Shown in pieces: positions 37,568 to 56,630 of a stretch of DNA of 64,000 bases; the stretch's first letter is position 1; each line of letters opens with the position of its first letter. The stretch lies in assembly GCF_009914755.1 (NCBI RefSeq), contig NC_060931.1; one strand, given 5' to 3'. The stretch comes from the human T2T-CHM13v2.0 reference genome, Homo sapiens. The position numbers and the translations under genes are program-made. Under the pieces are notes generated by a model. That model made no database searches. It was not told the origin of the DNA and saw only the letters and a program-made list of their open reading frames with translations.

Positions 37568-37659
37568 CCCTGGTTGCCCACACTTTCCATCAGTTGGAAG
37601 GAGGCACTGCCCCCCATTTTCCAACAATCTGGTTGTTGCCAATCATAGGTTTTTGGCTT

Positions 37660-37814
37660 TATTTGTTTTGTTTCCTTTTTTTCTTTTTTTTTTTTTTCAG
37701 ATGGGGTCTTGCTATGTTGCCCAAGCTGGTCTTGACCTCCTAACCTCAAGTGATCCTCCCGCCTCAGCCTTCCAAGTAACTGGGATTATAGGCACATGCT
37801 GTGGCACCTGGCTA
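37660..37814 (-). mobile_element. FLAM
   Basis: Monomer with poly-T. Confidence 0.85.
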
Positions 37815-38557
37815 GGCTTAAGTTTAGAGAGGTGTTTGAAAGTGCAGTTCCCAGGGTGTTTGTCAAAAATGCAGATTCCAGGGCTCTGGACTTCTAATTC
37901 TGATATTTTGTGGCCTTGAAATAGTTCCTTCTTTACTGGACTCCTACAGAAAAAAACCAGAGAGATTGATCAGTCCCGCTTTCTTGAAACGAAGAGCCAC
38001 CTAAAAGCAGGTCAACCCTCATTGTTTATGGACAAGTTATCAAGTTTTGGTGACTTAGAGTTTGCTCATACAAATAACTTCTGATCCAATACCATTTGAA
38101 AAACCCCTGCATTGGTAGTTTTTGAGGAACTGGACAGCTGTGTCACTCACCCCCACAAAAAGGACATTGTCACACAGCAATAGCTCCCACTCACCCACAG
38201 TCACCCGAGCAACTTACTATTTTTAAGCATGCTCAGTATTTCCTTCTCAACTGGAGCTCCAAAATCTACATATGGTTGTGACTAAACAGTTACACTCAGT
38301 GGAGAAATCAGATCAGGCCAATAGGTGTTGCCCCTGTCATTTATTTTGAGGGCTGTGTAGGTTGAATGCCTTAAAATCCCATTCAGAAAGACCTCACCCA
38401 GACTCTATTTCCTTCAAAAAGCCAAAAACTCTGGTTTGGAGGGAAAGAATCTCCACAACAAGGTCTCTTCAGCCCCACACACAACCATATGCCTGCCTTC
38501 TGCTTCTCTGTTTCACACACTTCTCTCTCTTCCAGTGGAGAAACTGGGCTTAAAACT

Positions 38558-39320
<763 letters not shown>

Positions 39321-40026
39321 AACCTCAGTGGAAAATCATCCTGGCACTGTTGTGCTCAATGTACCATGAAATTCACAATAGATGCTGAAGAAACCACAAG
39401 CCACAATCATCCCCACCAAAATCTCAAACGTATGAGAAAGCAAAAGACTAACCCTTTGAGACATCCTGAAACTGATCACTGGTGGTGAAATTTCGTGGCC
39501 CAGGCCAACAGTACGGAAATTGCCCCACGGATAAGCATTCTGTGGATTCTCAGCAACTTGTATTCAGAAGAGAGCCTCCTACCATGGAAGTACCTCTTTT
39601 TCCTGAATGGCTTCCATGCTCCACCCCCTCCATGAGCCAGAGCCTCAAAATGTGGTCCACTCACATAGTTAAGAGCTTTTACCAATAATATAACCCCTGG
39701 CCCTCCGCCCTCACTCCCTCACTCCCACAATTTAATTCATCACATCTGGTTATTGATGGCAAGTCTGCTTCCAAGTTAACTTTGCATGTACTACTTCTTT
39801 CCCACTTCAAAACAGAAAACAACAGGAGAACCACTAGTTAGAAGAAACAATACATGGAAGTGTTTCTTAAGAGTTCGTCAACCAGACCAGTACTTTGAAA
39901 AGTACTTTTCCCTTTGCACTCCAGCCTCTGAAATTATCCTTACAAAGTCATGTAGGAGACAGTGAAGAAGTTGTGCTGTTTCCAAGAGCAGGGTGTGACA
40001 GGCATCCAAAATGTGTCCTCTAATTA

Positions 40027-40212
<186 letters not shown>

Positions 40213-40241
40213 TCAAAGACACTTATTTTCCATTTAAAATA

Positions 40242-40577
40242 CTGTAGTCCCCCCTTACCTATGAGGGATACATTTCTAGACCCTCAGTGGATTCCTGAAA
40301 CGGCAGATGGTACTGAACCACAGACAGTACTTCTTTTTCTCTATAGCAATGGGCACAGTGTATACAGCATAAATATCTTGGACAAAGGGATGATTCACAT
40401 CCCAGGTGAGAGAAAGTAGAATAGCGTGAGATTTCATCCCACTACTCAGAACAGCACACAATTTAAATTTACAAATTGTTTATTTCTAGAGTTTTCCACT
40501 TAACGTTTTTGGACCATAGTTGACCACAGGTAATGAAAACCTCAGAAAGTGAAAACGTAGATAAGGGGGGAGTATTA
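40242..40577 (+). mobile_element. MER44A
   Basis: TIRs ctgtagtccccccttacc / gataaggggggagtatta; ~335 bp; TA flanks. Confidence 0.85.
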
Positions 40578-41119
40578 TATGCAAAATTAAACAAATTATA
40601 CCAAGATAGCTCTTTATTTTTTTCATTTCCTTATGGGTTTGAGGTGTTATCAGAATGGTGCTGCACTTCAAACCTGCATTTCTCTCCCCAAACACATGAG
40701 CTATTTGACAGCGACAGCAGCACCGTGTACCTGGAATTTCTACTCCTCTGATTCTCTCTCCTCCTTCGCCTTTCCAGCCAAGAACCCTGGCCTTCCATGC
40801 CTGCTCGCCACTAAACAACGCTTTCTTGAATGTAACTTGACAACCCAATTCAGTTCAATACATAGGCATTACATTTTCCCTTCAGCAAATTTATACCTCT
40901 TGGTCTGCAATTAAGAAGGAAATATGGACTATGGACTCCATGTGTGTTACAGCAGGAAGAAAAATGTTTATAGCTGACTTCAAATGAGAACTCCTAGCAA
41001 GCTAGGATCCAAATGCAGATCACAAGTAAAGAGTCTGCCCTTCTCAAAATGGTTTCTGCTGTGGCCACATGTGCCTTCTCTCTTCCATTCATGTCAGGAC
41101 CTTCCCAGCCATCCACCTT

Positions 41120-41891
<772 letters not shown>

Positions 41892-42296
41892 GTAATAGCT
41901 CTTCTGTTTGAGGTTTTGCAAACTCTACTGCCAAAGGCCATTACTGTTGGCAGATGTGAACAAGGACAGTGCTGGCTGGTGCTTCTCTAAGCTGAGCTAA
42001 CCACACTGCTGGTTCCTCGTGCCTATGAGCAGTGCCTGAATGAGCCCTCCATTGGCCAGCAATCCTCTGAGCCTCCTTCCAGTCCTCCCTGCCCTCACTC
42101 TCTTGTCTGGGTTCTGTTTCAAGTGTTTCTGGTTTCTGTGGCATGTTGCCTGTGAATGTTAAATATTCAGCAATCTCTGGGCTTCTTAGTGCTTTTGTGC
42201 AAACAGCTTGGCTTGGAGAAAAGAACAGGTTTATCTAAACAAGTGGGAGCAGCACAGCAAATGAGCAGAGTCAACAGTTCAAATAAAGTTAAAAAG

Positions 42297-42600
42297 GGCC
42301 AGGCGCAGTTGCTCATGCCTGAAATCCCAGCACTTTGGGAGGCCGAGATGGGTGCATTGCTTGAGGTCAGGAGTTCGAGACCAGCCTGGCCAACAAGGTG
42401 AAACCCCATCTCTACCAAAAACACAAAAATTAGACCAGAGCGGTGGTGCATGCCTATAGTCCCAGCTACTCAGGAGCCTGAGGCAAGAGAATCACTTGAA
42501 CCTGGGAAGCAGAGGTTGCAGTGAGCCGAGATCATGCCACTGCACTCTAGCCTGGGCGACAGAGCAAGATTCCGTCTCAAAAAAAAAAAAAAAGAAAGAA
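42297..42600 (+). mobile_element. Alu (S-type)
   Basis: TSD aaatRaagttaaaaag. Confidence 0.94.
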
Positions 42601-42983
42601 AATGAAGTTAAAAAGAAAGAAAATGAAGTTAAAAAGGAAGAAGCCTGTCTATTCAACAAGACACACACAACACAAACACAACACAGCAAAGGTGGGGGAC
42701 GAGAATGCACCTCTATAGAAGACAGGGTGGTGCAGGCAGGGCTAAGGGTGTGAGTCCTCAGGAAGTGAATCCTGCAGGGCCTTGTGCAAATATCACCCTC
42801 TCTGTGTTCTCTAAAATGGAGAGATTTGGACTCACCTGATAGTGCTTTCGTGAAGATTAAATGCAATGAGGCACATGCTTGGGTCCATACATAGGCGCTC
42901 CAATTGGGTCAAAACGTACTGCTAAAAGGAGACCTGAGCATTATCCAAAGAAAGCCTTCATCTGTACATATTTAAAATCCAGA

Positions 42984-43288
42984 GGCTGGGCGTGGTGGCT
43001 CACGCCTGCAATCCGAGCAACTTTGGGAGGCCGAGGCCAGAAGATTGCTTAAGGCCAGGCGTTCAAAACCAGCCTGGCAACATGGTGAGAACCTGTCTCT
43101 ACAAAAAAATATATACATTCTTTTTAATTAGTTGGGCATAGTGGTGCACACCTTAGTCCCAGGTGGGGGATCACTTGAGTCCAGGAGGCTGAGGTTGCAG
43201 TGAGCTATGATCACATGACTGCACTCCAGCCTCAGTGACAGAGTGAGACCCTGTCTCAAAAAATAATAAAATAAAATAAAATAATAAA
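42984..43288 (+). mobile_element. Alu (J-type)
   Basis: Dimer with a small deletion. Confidence 0.92.
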
Positions 43289-44204
43289 TTTTTAAAAATC
43301 TGGGAGTTCAAAAACTTGCATGCATGTATGTTTTCTATATATATACACACACACAGTCTGTGTTCTTTGCAATAAACAATGATTATCAAAATAATGATTA
43401 TGTAGCAATACTGGCTACTACATGCAAAGAGCTGTACCAGTCACTTCAATCTACACTCCTTTCATTTTCAAAACAGGCTTTGAGGGAACGACTAGGGTTC
43501 AGTTTCTCAAAGAGAGAAGTTACTTGCCTTCAACTACACCATAGTGAGTGATAGATCCCAGGAACCAACTTCAGGGCTGCCTGACACTCACATGCAGGTT
43601 CTTAGCACTGCACTGTACAGCCTCTGTCTTAGGCAGAAAAGCTGCTGCTCTGTGCAAGTTGGAAATGTCCGTCCAGCACAGACCTCCTGTTTCCCAGATG
43701 CTGAGTATATGAAAAAACTGCTAAAGTAAGCTTCAGTTCAGAGAGAGGCAGATTCCTCCTCGTGTGAGCTGCCAAACTGTGCTGACAACGAACATGTTCC
43801 AACAGAACTCTCCAAATCTCTCACCTACCCAGTGAATTCCCCTCCTCCAGGCGGCAGCCCCAACAAACCGCTCAGGGGTCCCCATTCCAGGGGTGTGACC
43901 TCTCTCCACTGCGCAGAGACAGCAAATGGACCGCAGGAACCCAGGACACTCTCAAAGCACATCCAAATGAGCCAGGCCTAATTAGCTTATTTTTACCTAC
44001 GCTGCTCCTCCCAGCAGTGTTCAATCCCTGCAGCCAAAAGGCTAAGGACCCGGCTGCCAGTGCCTCAGCATCGGCTTCTCGGAGCCTGTTCATAATTAAT
44101 TTTATAAAGGGCCTTGGCTCCCCAGCCTTATTCCATGTGCCTGATTCAGGTGAGGTCATGACAGTAATCACTGCCAAAGTTCTGTCCCATGGAAGAAGCG
44201 CTCA

Positions 44205-44602
<398 letters not shown>

Positions 44603-44864
44603 GACTCTTCAACACATAAAGAAGCTAATAAAAGAGGCTCTCATGCATTTTAAACCCTGGCCTGACCGGAAATGGTACTTTTTTTTTTTTAATCATTCAG
44701 TAATTTATTCAACTAATTGAGTGGTTTTTGTGTGAGTGCCAGACACCACCCTGGGCATTGGGGTTTTAAAAATGACTCAGACTCATGATCTCTATTCTCA
44801 AGGAACTCATCATCAAATGGAGAATCTACACATGTGAATGACAATACAGGTGATTAATGCCATG

Positions 44865-45234
44865 TGTATTAGTCTGTTCTCATGCTGCTAATAAAGACAT
44901 GCCCAAGACTGGGTAATTTATAAAGGCAAGAGGTTTAATGCACTCACAGTTCCACACAGCTGGGGAGGCCTCACAATCATGGCAGAAGATAAAGGAAGAG
45001 CAAAGCCACATCTTACATGGTGGCAGACAAGAGAGAATGAGAGCCAAGGGAAAGGGGAATCCCCTTCAAAAACCACCAGATCTCATGAGACATGTTTACT
45101 ACCATGAGAACAGTATAGGGGAAACTGCCCCATAATTCAATAATCTCCCACCAGGTTCCTCCTACAACACATGGGAATTATGGGAGCTACAATTCAAGAT
45201 GAGATTTGGGTGGGGACACAGCCAAACCATATCA
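44865..45234 (-). mobile_element. THE1 (B/C) solo LTR inserted in L2
   Basis: tgtattagtc...aaaccatatca with exact 5-bp TSD ccatg. Confidence 0.92.
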
Positions 45235-45439
45235 CCATGACAGGCATTAGTATAAGTAGTTACGTGAGCACAAGGGAACATCTCACTCAGTCTTAGAAGG
45301 TACAGGAAGACTTCCTGGAAGCCATCAAAAGTCCAGAACCTAGCATAGAACCTAGCACAGGGGATTAAATCAAGTGTCTTCTATGTTGACTTCTTGAAGA
45401 CCAAATAAGAATTAGCTAGGCCAAAATGGGGGGACCATA

Positions 45440-45900
45440 TCTGTATCCACTAGGAATCCTTTTGCCTACACCAAATACCTTAAACAATTAGGGGGTTTAT
45501 TTTTCTTACATAATAAGAAATCTAGAGATAGGCAGTAGTTAATATTGACTCAGCATCTCAGGGATGTCAGGAATAACATGTTGCTTGTGTGCTTGATATT
45601 TCCCTCATGGTCACAAAATAATTCCCTTAGCCCCAGACATTGCATTTGCCTCCAAAGCTCAAAAACAGAATGAAGCATCACATCAATGTCAGCTTCTCTT
45701 TTTAAAGAAAAATTTTCTCTCAAAAGTGTCCCAATATGTTCCTGCTCACTTATGCTTGGCCAGACCTTCCTACATGGCTACCCCTAGCTGTGAGAGAATG
45801 CAAGAAAGTAAGAATTTTGCTTTTAGGTTCCATGGTGAAGCCAAGCATGGAAGAAGGAAGCTGGAATGTTGGGTGGGTCAACCAGCAGAGTTGGCCATAG
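45440..45900 (-). mobile_element. MLT1 (K/L-like) LTR
   Basis: tttcttacataataagaaatctagag...catggctacccctagctg. Confidence 0.6.
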
Positions 45901-46322
45901 TATTCCAAAGGCTATTTTTCTTTTTTTCTTTTTCCTTTTTTTTTTTAAATTGTTTTTGTTGTTGTTGTTTTAAAACAGGGTCGTGCTGTGTTGCCCAGGC
46001 TGGAGTGCAGTGACACAATCACTGCAGCCTCAATCTGAGTCTATTTTTCTTCAGCACTTCCTGATTTCATTTACTATCCATTCAATTACAAGCAATTCTT
46101 GTTATCTTTATGTTAGAGTCCATGTGAGGCACAAAGTCTCTGCCTTGAGATGCAAACTAATCAGGACAAGGGCTAAGGACAGTGACGGAGATGGGCAGGG
46201 ATGGGTGGGAGAGCTTTCCTGGAAAAATCTTCTCTCACCCTCTTCAGGAGCCTTTTTCCACCCATCCTCCTCCTCCAATTATTCAGGTTCTCTCTATATC
46301 TTTTAATTTAAAAAAAACTTCA

Positions 46323-47060
<738 letters not shown>

Positions 47061-47072
47061 TCAAGTCCTATC

Positions 47073-47203
47073 TATTTTTTTTTCTTTGAGATAGGGTCTC
47101 ACTATGTTGCCCAGACTGGTCTCAAACTCCTGGGCTCCAGTGATCCTCCCACCCCAGCCCCCCAAGCAGCTAGAATTACAGGCATGAGCCACCACACTCA
47201 GCT
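47073..47203 (-). mobile_element. FLAM
   Basis: Left monomer. Confidence 0.86.
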
Positions 47204-47435
47204 TCCTATGTGTTTTTGTAAGCCTGAACAAAAATGCTTTCTCCCAGGATGACCAGACCAATCTAGCACCCAGTAACTCTTCTCAGTGTAATCACTGTCT
47301 CTGTGAGAAATAAACAAGCATCTATTGGTTTAAGCCACTGACATTCTGTGTTTTCTGTTAGTAAAAGTCTAATCTTTGTTGATATACCTCATTTGTCAAA
47401 CAGATATATCTCCAAGACTGATAATTAGATGATAC

Positions 47436-48201
47436 GTACATTAGTTTGTTTCATGATATGGTTTGGCTGTGTCCCCACCCAAATCTCACCTTGAATTGTA
47501 ATAATCCCCACATGTCAAAGATGGGGCCAGGTGGAGATAATTGAATCATGGGGGCTGTTTCCCCCATTGTGTTCTCATGGTAGTGACTAAGTCTCACGAG
47601 ATCTGATGGTTTTATAAATGGGAGTACTGCACAAGCCCTCTTGCCTGCTGCCATGTAAGACATGACTTTGTTCCTCATTTGCATTCAGCCATGATTGTGA
47701 GGCCTCCCCAACCATGTGGAACTGTGAGTCCATTAAACCTTTCTTCTTTATAAATTACCCAGTGTCAGATATGTCTTTATTAGCAACGTGAGAACAGGCT
47801 AATACATTTGGGCTGCCATAATAAAATACTACAGACTAAGTAGCTTAAATAACAGAAATGTGGTTTCTTACAGTTCTGGAGGCCGGAAGTTCGAGATCAA
47901 GATGTTGGCACTGTTGGTCCATTCTGAGACCTGTCACCTTGGTTTGCAGACGGCCGCCTTCTCACTGTGTCCACAGGTGGCCTTTCCTCTGTGGGCGAGT
48001 GCCCCCAGTGTCTCTGTGTCCAAATCTTCTCTTCTTATAAAAACACCAGTCAGATTGGATTAGGACTCACCCTATGGCCCCATTTTTAACTTAATCACCT
48101 CTTTAGAGATTCGATCCCCAAATACAGTCACATTGTGAGGTGCTGGGGGTTAGGACCTCAGCATATAGATCTGGGGAGAGGACATAATTTTGTCCATAAC
48201 A
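47436..48201 (-). mobile_element. MLT1 (A-C-like) LTR split by THE1
   Basis: gggctgccataataaaatactacagact...gacataattttgtccataaca. Confidence 0.85.
47454..47806 (+). mobile_element. THE1B-like solo LTR
   Basis: tgatatggtttggctgtgtccccacccaaatctc...ctaataca. Confidence 0.92.
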
Positions 48202-48678
48202 GTATGAACTCTGTGGTCATACCAGTTGCTAACATACTCACACCACTGCATGCCAGCCTGGGTGACAGAGTGAGACTCTGTCTCTAAAAAAGAAAAAGAA
48301 GAAAAGAGAAAAAAAGCCTAAACCACTAACCGTTACTATTTCTAAAGCTGAAGCAAAACAGGTGAGTTATAAATAACTCTTAATTTTTCATTTTTTTTGT
48401 AAATCCTGGGTGTAGATAAAGACCAAGCTAGAACCAAAAGCTTCAGAGAAATAAGTTGGCTTCAGGTAGGAGCGTGGCCTTTGAGTCAAAATGCCAACCT
48501 GGCTGTGTCCCTCACCCTGCCCCCAACCTCTTCACCGTCTGTCAGAACAGCTGCCAGCCAGTGGTCTCTACAGGTTTCCAGCAAATATTCATTCTTTGCA
48601 CAGAGGAGGCAAATATCTGAGACTGGAAACAAATTTCTTGAAGTTACTTAGGTCCTTTACCTAAGTTAAGTTGAGCTG

Positions 48679-49049
<371 letters not shown>

Positions 49050-49189
49050 TAGTGCATGGTTTCTAAATGACCTATAATAATTAAAATTTAATAAGAGCAA
49101 ACATTTATTATTTACTAGGTTCTAGGCACTATGTTAAGTACTTTATAGGTATCTCAATTAGTTATCACAATTGTATGATAGAAGCAGGG

Positions 49190-49889
49190 GTGTCTTTGTC
49201 CATTTTGCATTGCTGTAAAGGAATACCTGAGGCTGGGTAATTTATAAAGAAAAGAGGTTTATTTGGCTCATGGTTCTGCAGGCTGTACAGAAGCATGGTG
49301 CCAGCATCTGCTTCTAGTGAGGACCTCAGGAAGCTTCCAGTCATGGTGGAAGGCAAAGGGGAGCCAGTGTGTCACATGATGAGACGAGAGAGGGAGCAAG
49401 AGAGAGGCGGGAGGAGGTGCCAGACACTTATGGTTTTTTCGTTCAGACTGGATCTCACTCCGTCACCCAGGCTGGAGCAAGGTGGTGTGAACATGGTTAC
49501 TCTAGCTTTGACCTCCTGGGCTGAAGTGATCCTCCTGCCTCAGCCTCCTAAGTATCTGGGACTATAGGCCTGCATGACCCTCCCTGGCTAATTTTAAAAA
49601 TTTTTTTGTGTGGAGACAGGATCTTGCCATGTTGCTCAGGCTGGTCTTGAATTTCTGGGCTCAAGCAATCCTCCAGCCTCAGCCTCCCAGCGTGTTGGTA
49701 TTACAGGCATGAGCCACCATGCCTAGCCTCTTAGATTCTTTTAAACAATCAGATCTCTAGGGAACTAGTGGACTGAGAACTCATTTATTACCTTAAGGAG
49801 GGCACCAAACCATTCATGAAGGATTGCCCCCCATGATCCAAACACCCAAACACCTTCTGCCAGGACCCACCTCCAACGTTGGGGATTAA

Positions 49890-49890
<1 letters not shown>
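49190..49890 (-). mobile_element. MSTB-like LTR split by an Alu
   Basis: gtccattttgcattgctgtaaaggaatacctgaggctggg...cccacctccaacgttggggatta. Confidence 0.85.
49434..49728 (-). mobile_element. Alu (J-type)
   Basis: Diverged dimer. Confidence 0.9.
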
Positions 49891-50331
<441 letters not shown>

Positions 50332-51141
50332 TAATCCCACTCGCTCGTTTGCCCAAGTCATGCCAAAACCATCAGGTCAGCTCAGTGCTTCCCTCTCACT
50401 TGGCCTGTGATTTTGATGTCATCCCCACCTCCACCTCTCAGAACTGTGTGTTCAAAGAAAGACCTTGGATTCAAACTTCTATCTGCCCAGACTCATCTTT
50501 GCTAGAACTGTGACTTCCAGACCTCTCCCTCTCTCCCTCTGTGCTCCTGATTCAAATTTTAAAATTCCCCCAGGAGGTGACTCAAATCAGTAGGAGGAGA
50601 CGTGTTCCAGAAATGATCCGGGAGGGTTTTGTCAGTAGGTCTGACCAACAAAACTGCTCTGCACCGGCAAACGCACGAACGTGGCCTTGCTGTAACAAGA
50701 ACAGAGAGGCTTCGGCCTGAGCAGCACCAGGTCTGCCCTGCGCAGCAGTGGGGCATAAGTACGATGGCTGATAAAAGAACAGGGAGCCTGGAATGATCTG
50801 ATAAGAAGCAGGCCCCGCTGCAGAATCTTAAACAGAGCAAGGGCGTGATCAGAATGGTGATGGGGACTCCATTCTATGGGCTGGGTGACTGGAGAAGGTA
50901 AGAGGCAGCAGAGAGGACAGTCAGGACAGACACTACAGCAATCAGCGTGACGGGGACAGACGGATCCTGACTTATGACTGTGGGAACAGACACAGCTGGG
51001 AGTCTTCAAAGAGCAGTTGTAGGGAAGGACAATGACTTGGTGGTTGTCTGAATATGGGGTGTAGAAGGCATAGGAATAACAAGTGCCAAGTTTCTCCCCC
51101 GAGGAATAAAGAGAGTGCTGGAGCTGGAATCAGGGCACTCA

Positions 51142-51870
<729 letters not shown>

Positions 51871-52049
51871 ACCTGAAACCAAAGAGTCAAAGCCTGACAT
51901 TCCAGAAAAGGAGCAGAGATGCTCTCTGAACACAGGATAATGAGAAAATAATCTGCTGTTTAAGTTGGAGCAGCAGATGCAGCTCAAGCCCCAGACATCA
52001 CAACAGCCCACAAGGTGGTGGAACAAAAATGTGTAAGCACAGCCACCTG

Positions 52050-52190
52050 TATTCTCACCTACTCTACTCGGGAGGCTGAGGCAGAAGGATCACTTGAGCC
52101 CAGGAGTTCAACGCTGCAGTGAGCCACGTTCATGCCATGGCACCCCAGCCTGGATAAGAGAGCAACATCCTGTCTCAAAAAAAAAAAAAA
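52050..52190 (+). mobile_element. Alu right-arm fragment
   Basis: ctactcgggaggctgag...poly-A. Confidence 0.87.
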
Positions 52191-52389
52191 GTCAGATGAC
52201 ACTGTTCCAGCCAAGAGGGTCCTAAAATCCCAGCCTGTCTCTCCAAACCCCAGCAGCACTACCACCTCCTTCATTCAGGCCCCTTGCCCGTTGCCCTGGC
52301 TTTGGTAACAGCCTCCCTACCTTAACTCCCTGCTTCTGGTGTCCAGCCCCTCTGTATTCCCCATCTGGTCTCCACATGACAGGCCCTAG

Positions 52390-52863
<474 letters not shown>

Positions 52864-53479
52864 TGACTCCCCTGACTCCTAAAGCACCCACCTCTGGCTC
52901 CCAGGCTCTTATCACCAGTGGATTGATCTGTCCACAAACCTTCTGCCCACTTGGCACCCCCAGCTGGCCTTCTGACTCGTCTTCAGGGCTCAGTTCAAAG
53001 GTCATCTGCTTTCCCCAGCACTACATTGAGGGTATCTCTTCTGCACCCACAAGCATCCTAGGCTTCCTGACATTGGGGTGCTTGTCACCTGGCACGAGGC
53101 TCTCTCGCTGCAATTGCCAAGCCCCACGCCCTGGGCCCCACAGCGTGAACTACATCTTTTTCTTGGTGAGAGACCTCGTTCCTGGCATTTAGCTTGGCCT
53201 GGCTCGCTCTGATCACGCAGCCAATGTTTGAATGAATAGATGATGTCATCAGAGCCTTGGCGTGTTGCTACTTGTGAGTATGCCGTCTCAGAGGAGAAAA
53301 GGTCAGCGGTTGAAGAACGCAAACTCTGGAAGGACTTGGATGCATATGCCAGCCATGCACTCCTCACTGTGTGGCCTTAGGCCGTCGCTAATGTGAGTGC
53401 TATAAAAATTCTCTGTGTATTCACTCATTTAATCCTCACAATCACTCTATGAGGGACACACGGGACATACTGCTAGGGT

Positions 53480-53835
53480 TGTGTTTTTTTTGTTGTTGTT
53501 TTTTGGAGACAGTCTCTCCCTGTCACCCAGGCTGGAGTGCAGTGATGTAAATCTCGGCTCACAACAACCTCCACCTCCCAGGTTCAAGCAATTCTCCTGC
53601 CTCAGAGTCAGTGGCTCACTCAGTCATAGCTTACTACAGCTTTGAAACTCCTGGGCTCCAGCGATCCTCCTGCCTCAGACTCCGCAGTAGCTGGGACAAT
53701 GGGCATGCACCATCACACCTGGATAATATTTTCATTTTTTGTAGAGATGGAGATCTTGCTGTGTTGCCCAGGCTGGTCTGGAACTCCTGGCCTCAAGCAA
53801 TCCTCCTGTCTCAACCTCCCAAAGTGCTAGGATTT
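53480..53835 (-). mobile_element. Composite Alu inserted in MIR
   Basis: Partial right arm fused to a second Alu; MIR flanks 53400-53935. Confidence 0.85.
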
Positions 53836-54262
53836 ACAGAAGAGTAAGCTGAGGCACAGAGATGTTAAATAACTTGGTAAACGAGAAAGTCAGGATTGGA
53901 AGCCTCACCCTTAACCACTAGGTTGTACTGCCTAGCTTAGCACAAGGCAAGACACATCATAAGTACACAAGAAATGTGAGCCTCCCCCAGAAAACAGCTT
54001 TGGAGATCTCCAAAATGCAAATCAGTTCCCCGTATCTAGGAGAGCACGCAGCCTGGTCCATCCATGCTTTAATCCAGAACAGAATCTTCAACCACTGGTG
54101 TCATTTTGGCCCCAGCACCAGCATCACTGGGGGAAGTTTCCTTCACACAAGGGAACACTGTGTGGATTGTCATTGAAATGACCACAAACTAAGAAGACTG
54201 CACAAGGCAACCCTCACATCTCAAGAGCTCAATTTCTTTATCTGTAAAATAAAGTGGAAATA

Positions 54263-54592
54263 GGCCAGGTGCAGTGGTTCACACCTGTAATCCCAGCACT
54301 TTGGGAGGCCGAAGGGGTGGGGGGGGCGGAGTGGGGGGCAGATCACTTGAGGTCAGGAGTTTGAGACTAGCCTGGCCAACATGGTGAAACCCCGTCTCTA
54401 CTAAAAATACAAAAATTAGTCAGTCGTGGTGGCGCGGGCCTATAGTCCCAGCTACTCGGGAGGATGAGGCAGGGAGAATTGCTTCAACTGGGTAGGTGCA
54501 AGTTGCAGTGAGCCCAGATCACGCCACTGCACTGTAGCCTGGGTGACTGAGACTCTGTCTCAAAATAAATAAATAAATAAATAAACAAATGA
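54263..54592 (+). mobile_element. Alu with G-run expansion
   Basis: TSD aaaataaagtggaaata. Confidence 0.94.
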
Positions 54593-54659
54593 AAATAAAG
54601 TGGAAATAACGGCATTGCCTACCTCACAGTGTTGTTCTTAAGTTTAAATGAGATAAGAT

Positions 54660-55270
<611 letters not shown>

Positions 55271-55965
55271 TCCCAAATAACACAACACATGTGCACACAC
55301 ACACACCTCATGACATTATTTATAAATGGAAAAGAATTTCTCGATGAAGGCCAATTTATACTCATTTCATATCAGTTTTTGCTTGTTTGTAATGCAGCAC
55401 CATTAGTTTCTAGTTCTGCAGAATTGTAATCACTAGAAAAACTACTTTGGGACAGAGGAGGATGGAGCTGGCAGCAGGCTTCACAAGGCAGCCGGCTTCA
55501 CAAGGCAGGCCTGTACTTTTGCGTTTCCTAGCTTTTGTGTGCTTAAGTTCACAAACCAAAGTCCTCATCAAGCCTTTTACATTTGAATAGATTACAAAGT
55601 GTTTGTAGGTCTGAGTCCTTGCAAGACAGTAGTTAATTGGCCTCACAAACAACAGCAGGAGAGTCTCATTATCCTGATTTAACAAAGGAAGACACTTCAT
55701 CCAGAGAAGTTAAGGGACTGGATCCAGGCCCTAGTGCTGAGCCTAATCATCATTGTCATCAGCGTCGTTATCATCGTCACTAATTTTTAACATGCTAGGA
55801 GGACACTCCAACAATCTGTCCTCGTCCGCCAGGAGCTCATAGATTAATACACCTTTGATGTAACCATTTTTCAAAGAGCTAAGTAGGTAATAAACATAAA
55901 TATTTATTGAAAGTAATACTGGAACCTCAGGCCTCATTCCTCATTAGAAGGAGACCAAGGGACTA

Positions 55966-56630
<665 letters not shown>

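Noticed and set aside
55745-55782. Acidic DDDNDADDNDD peptide
   Set aside because: Decayed (ATC)n simple repeat beside a MIR.
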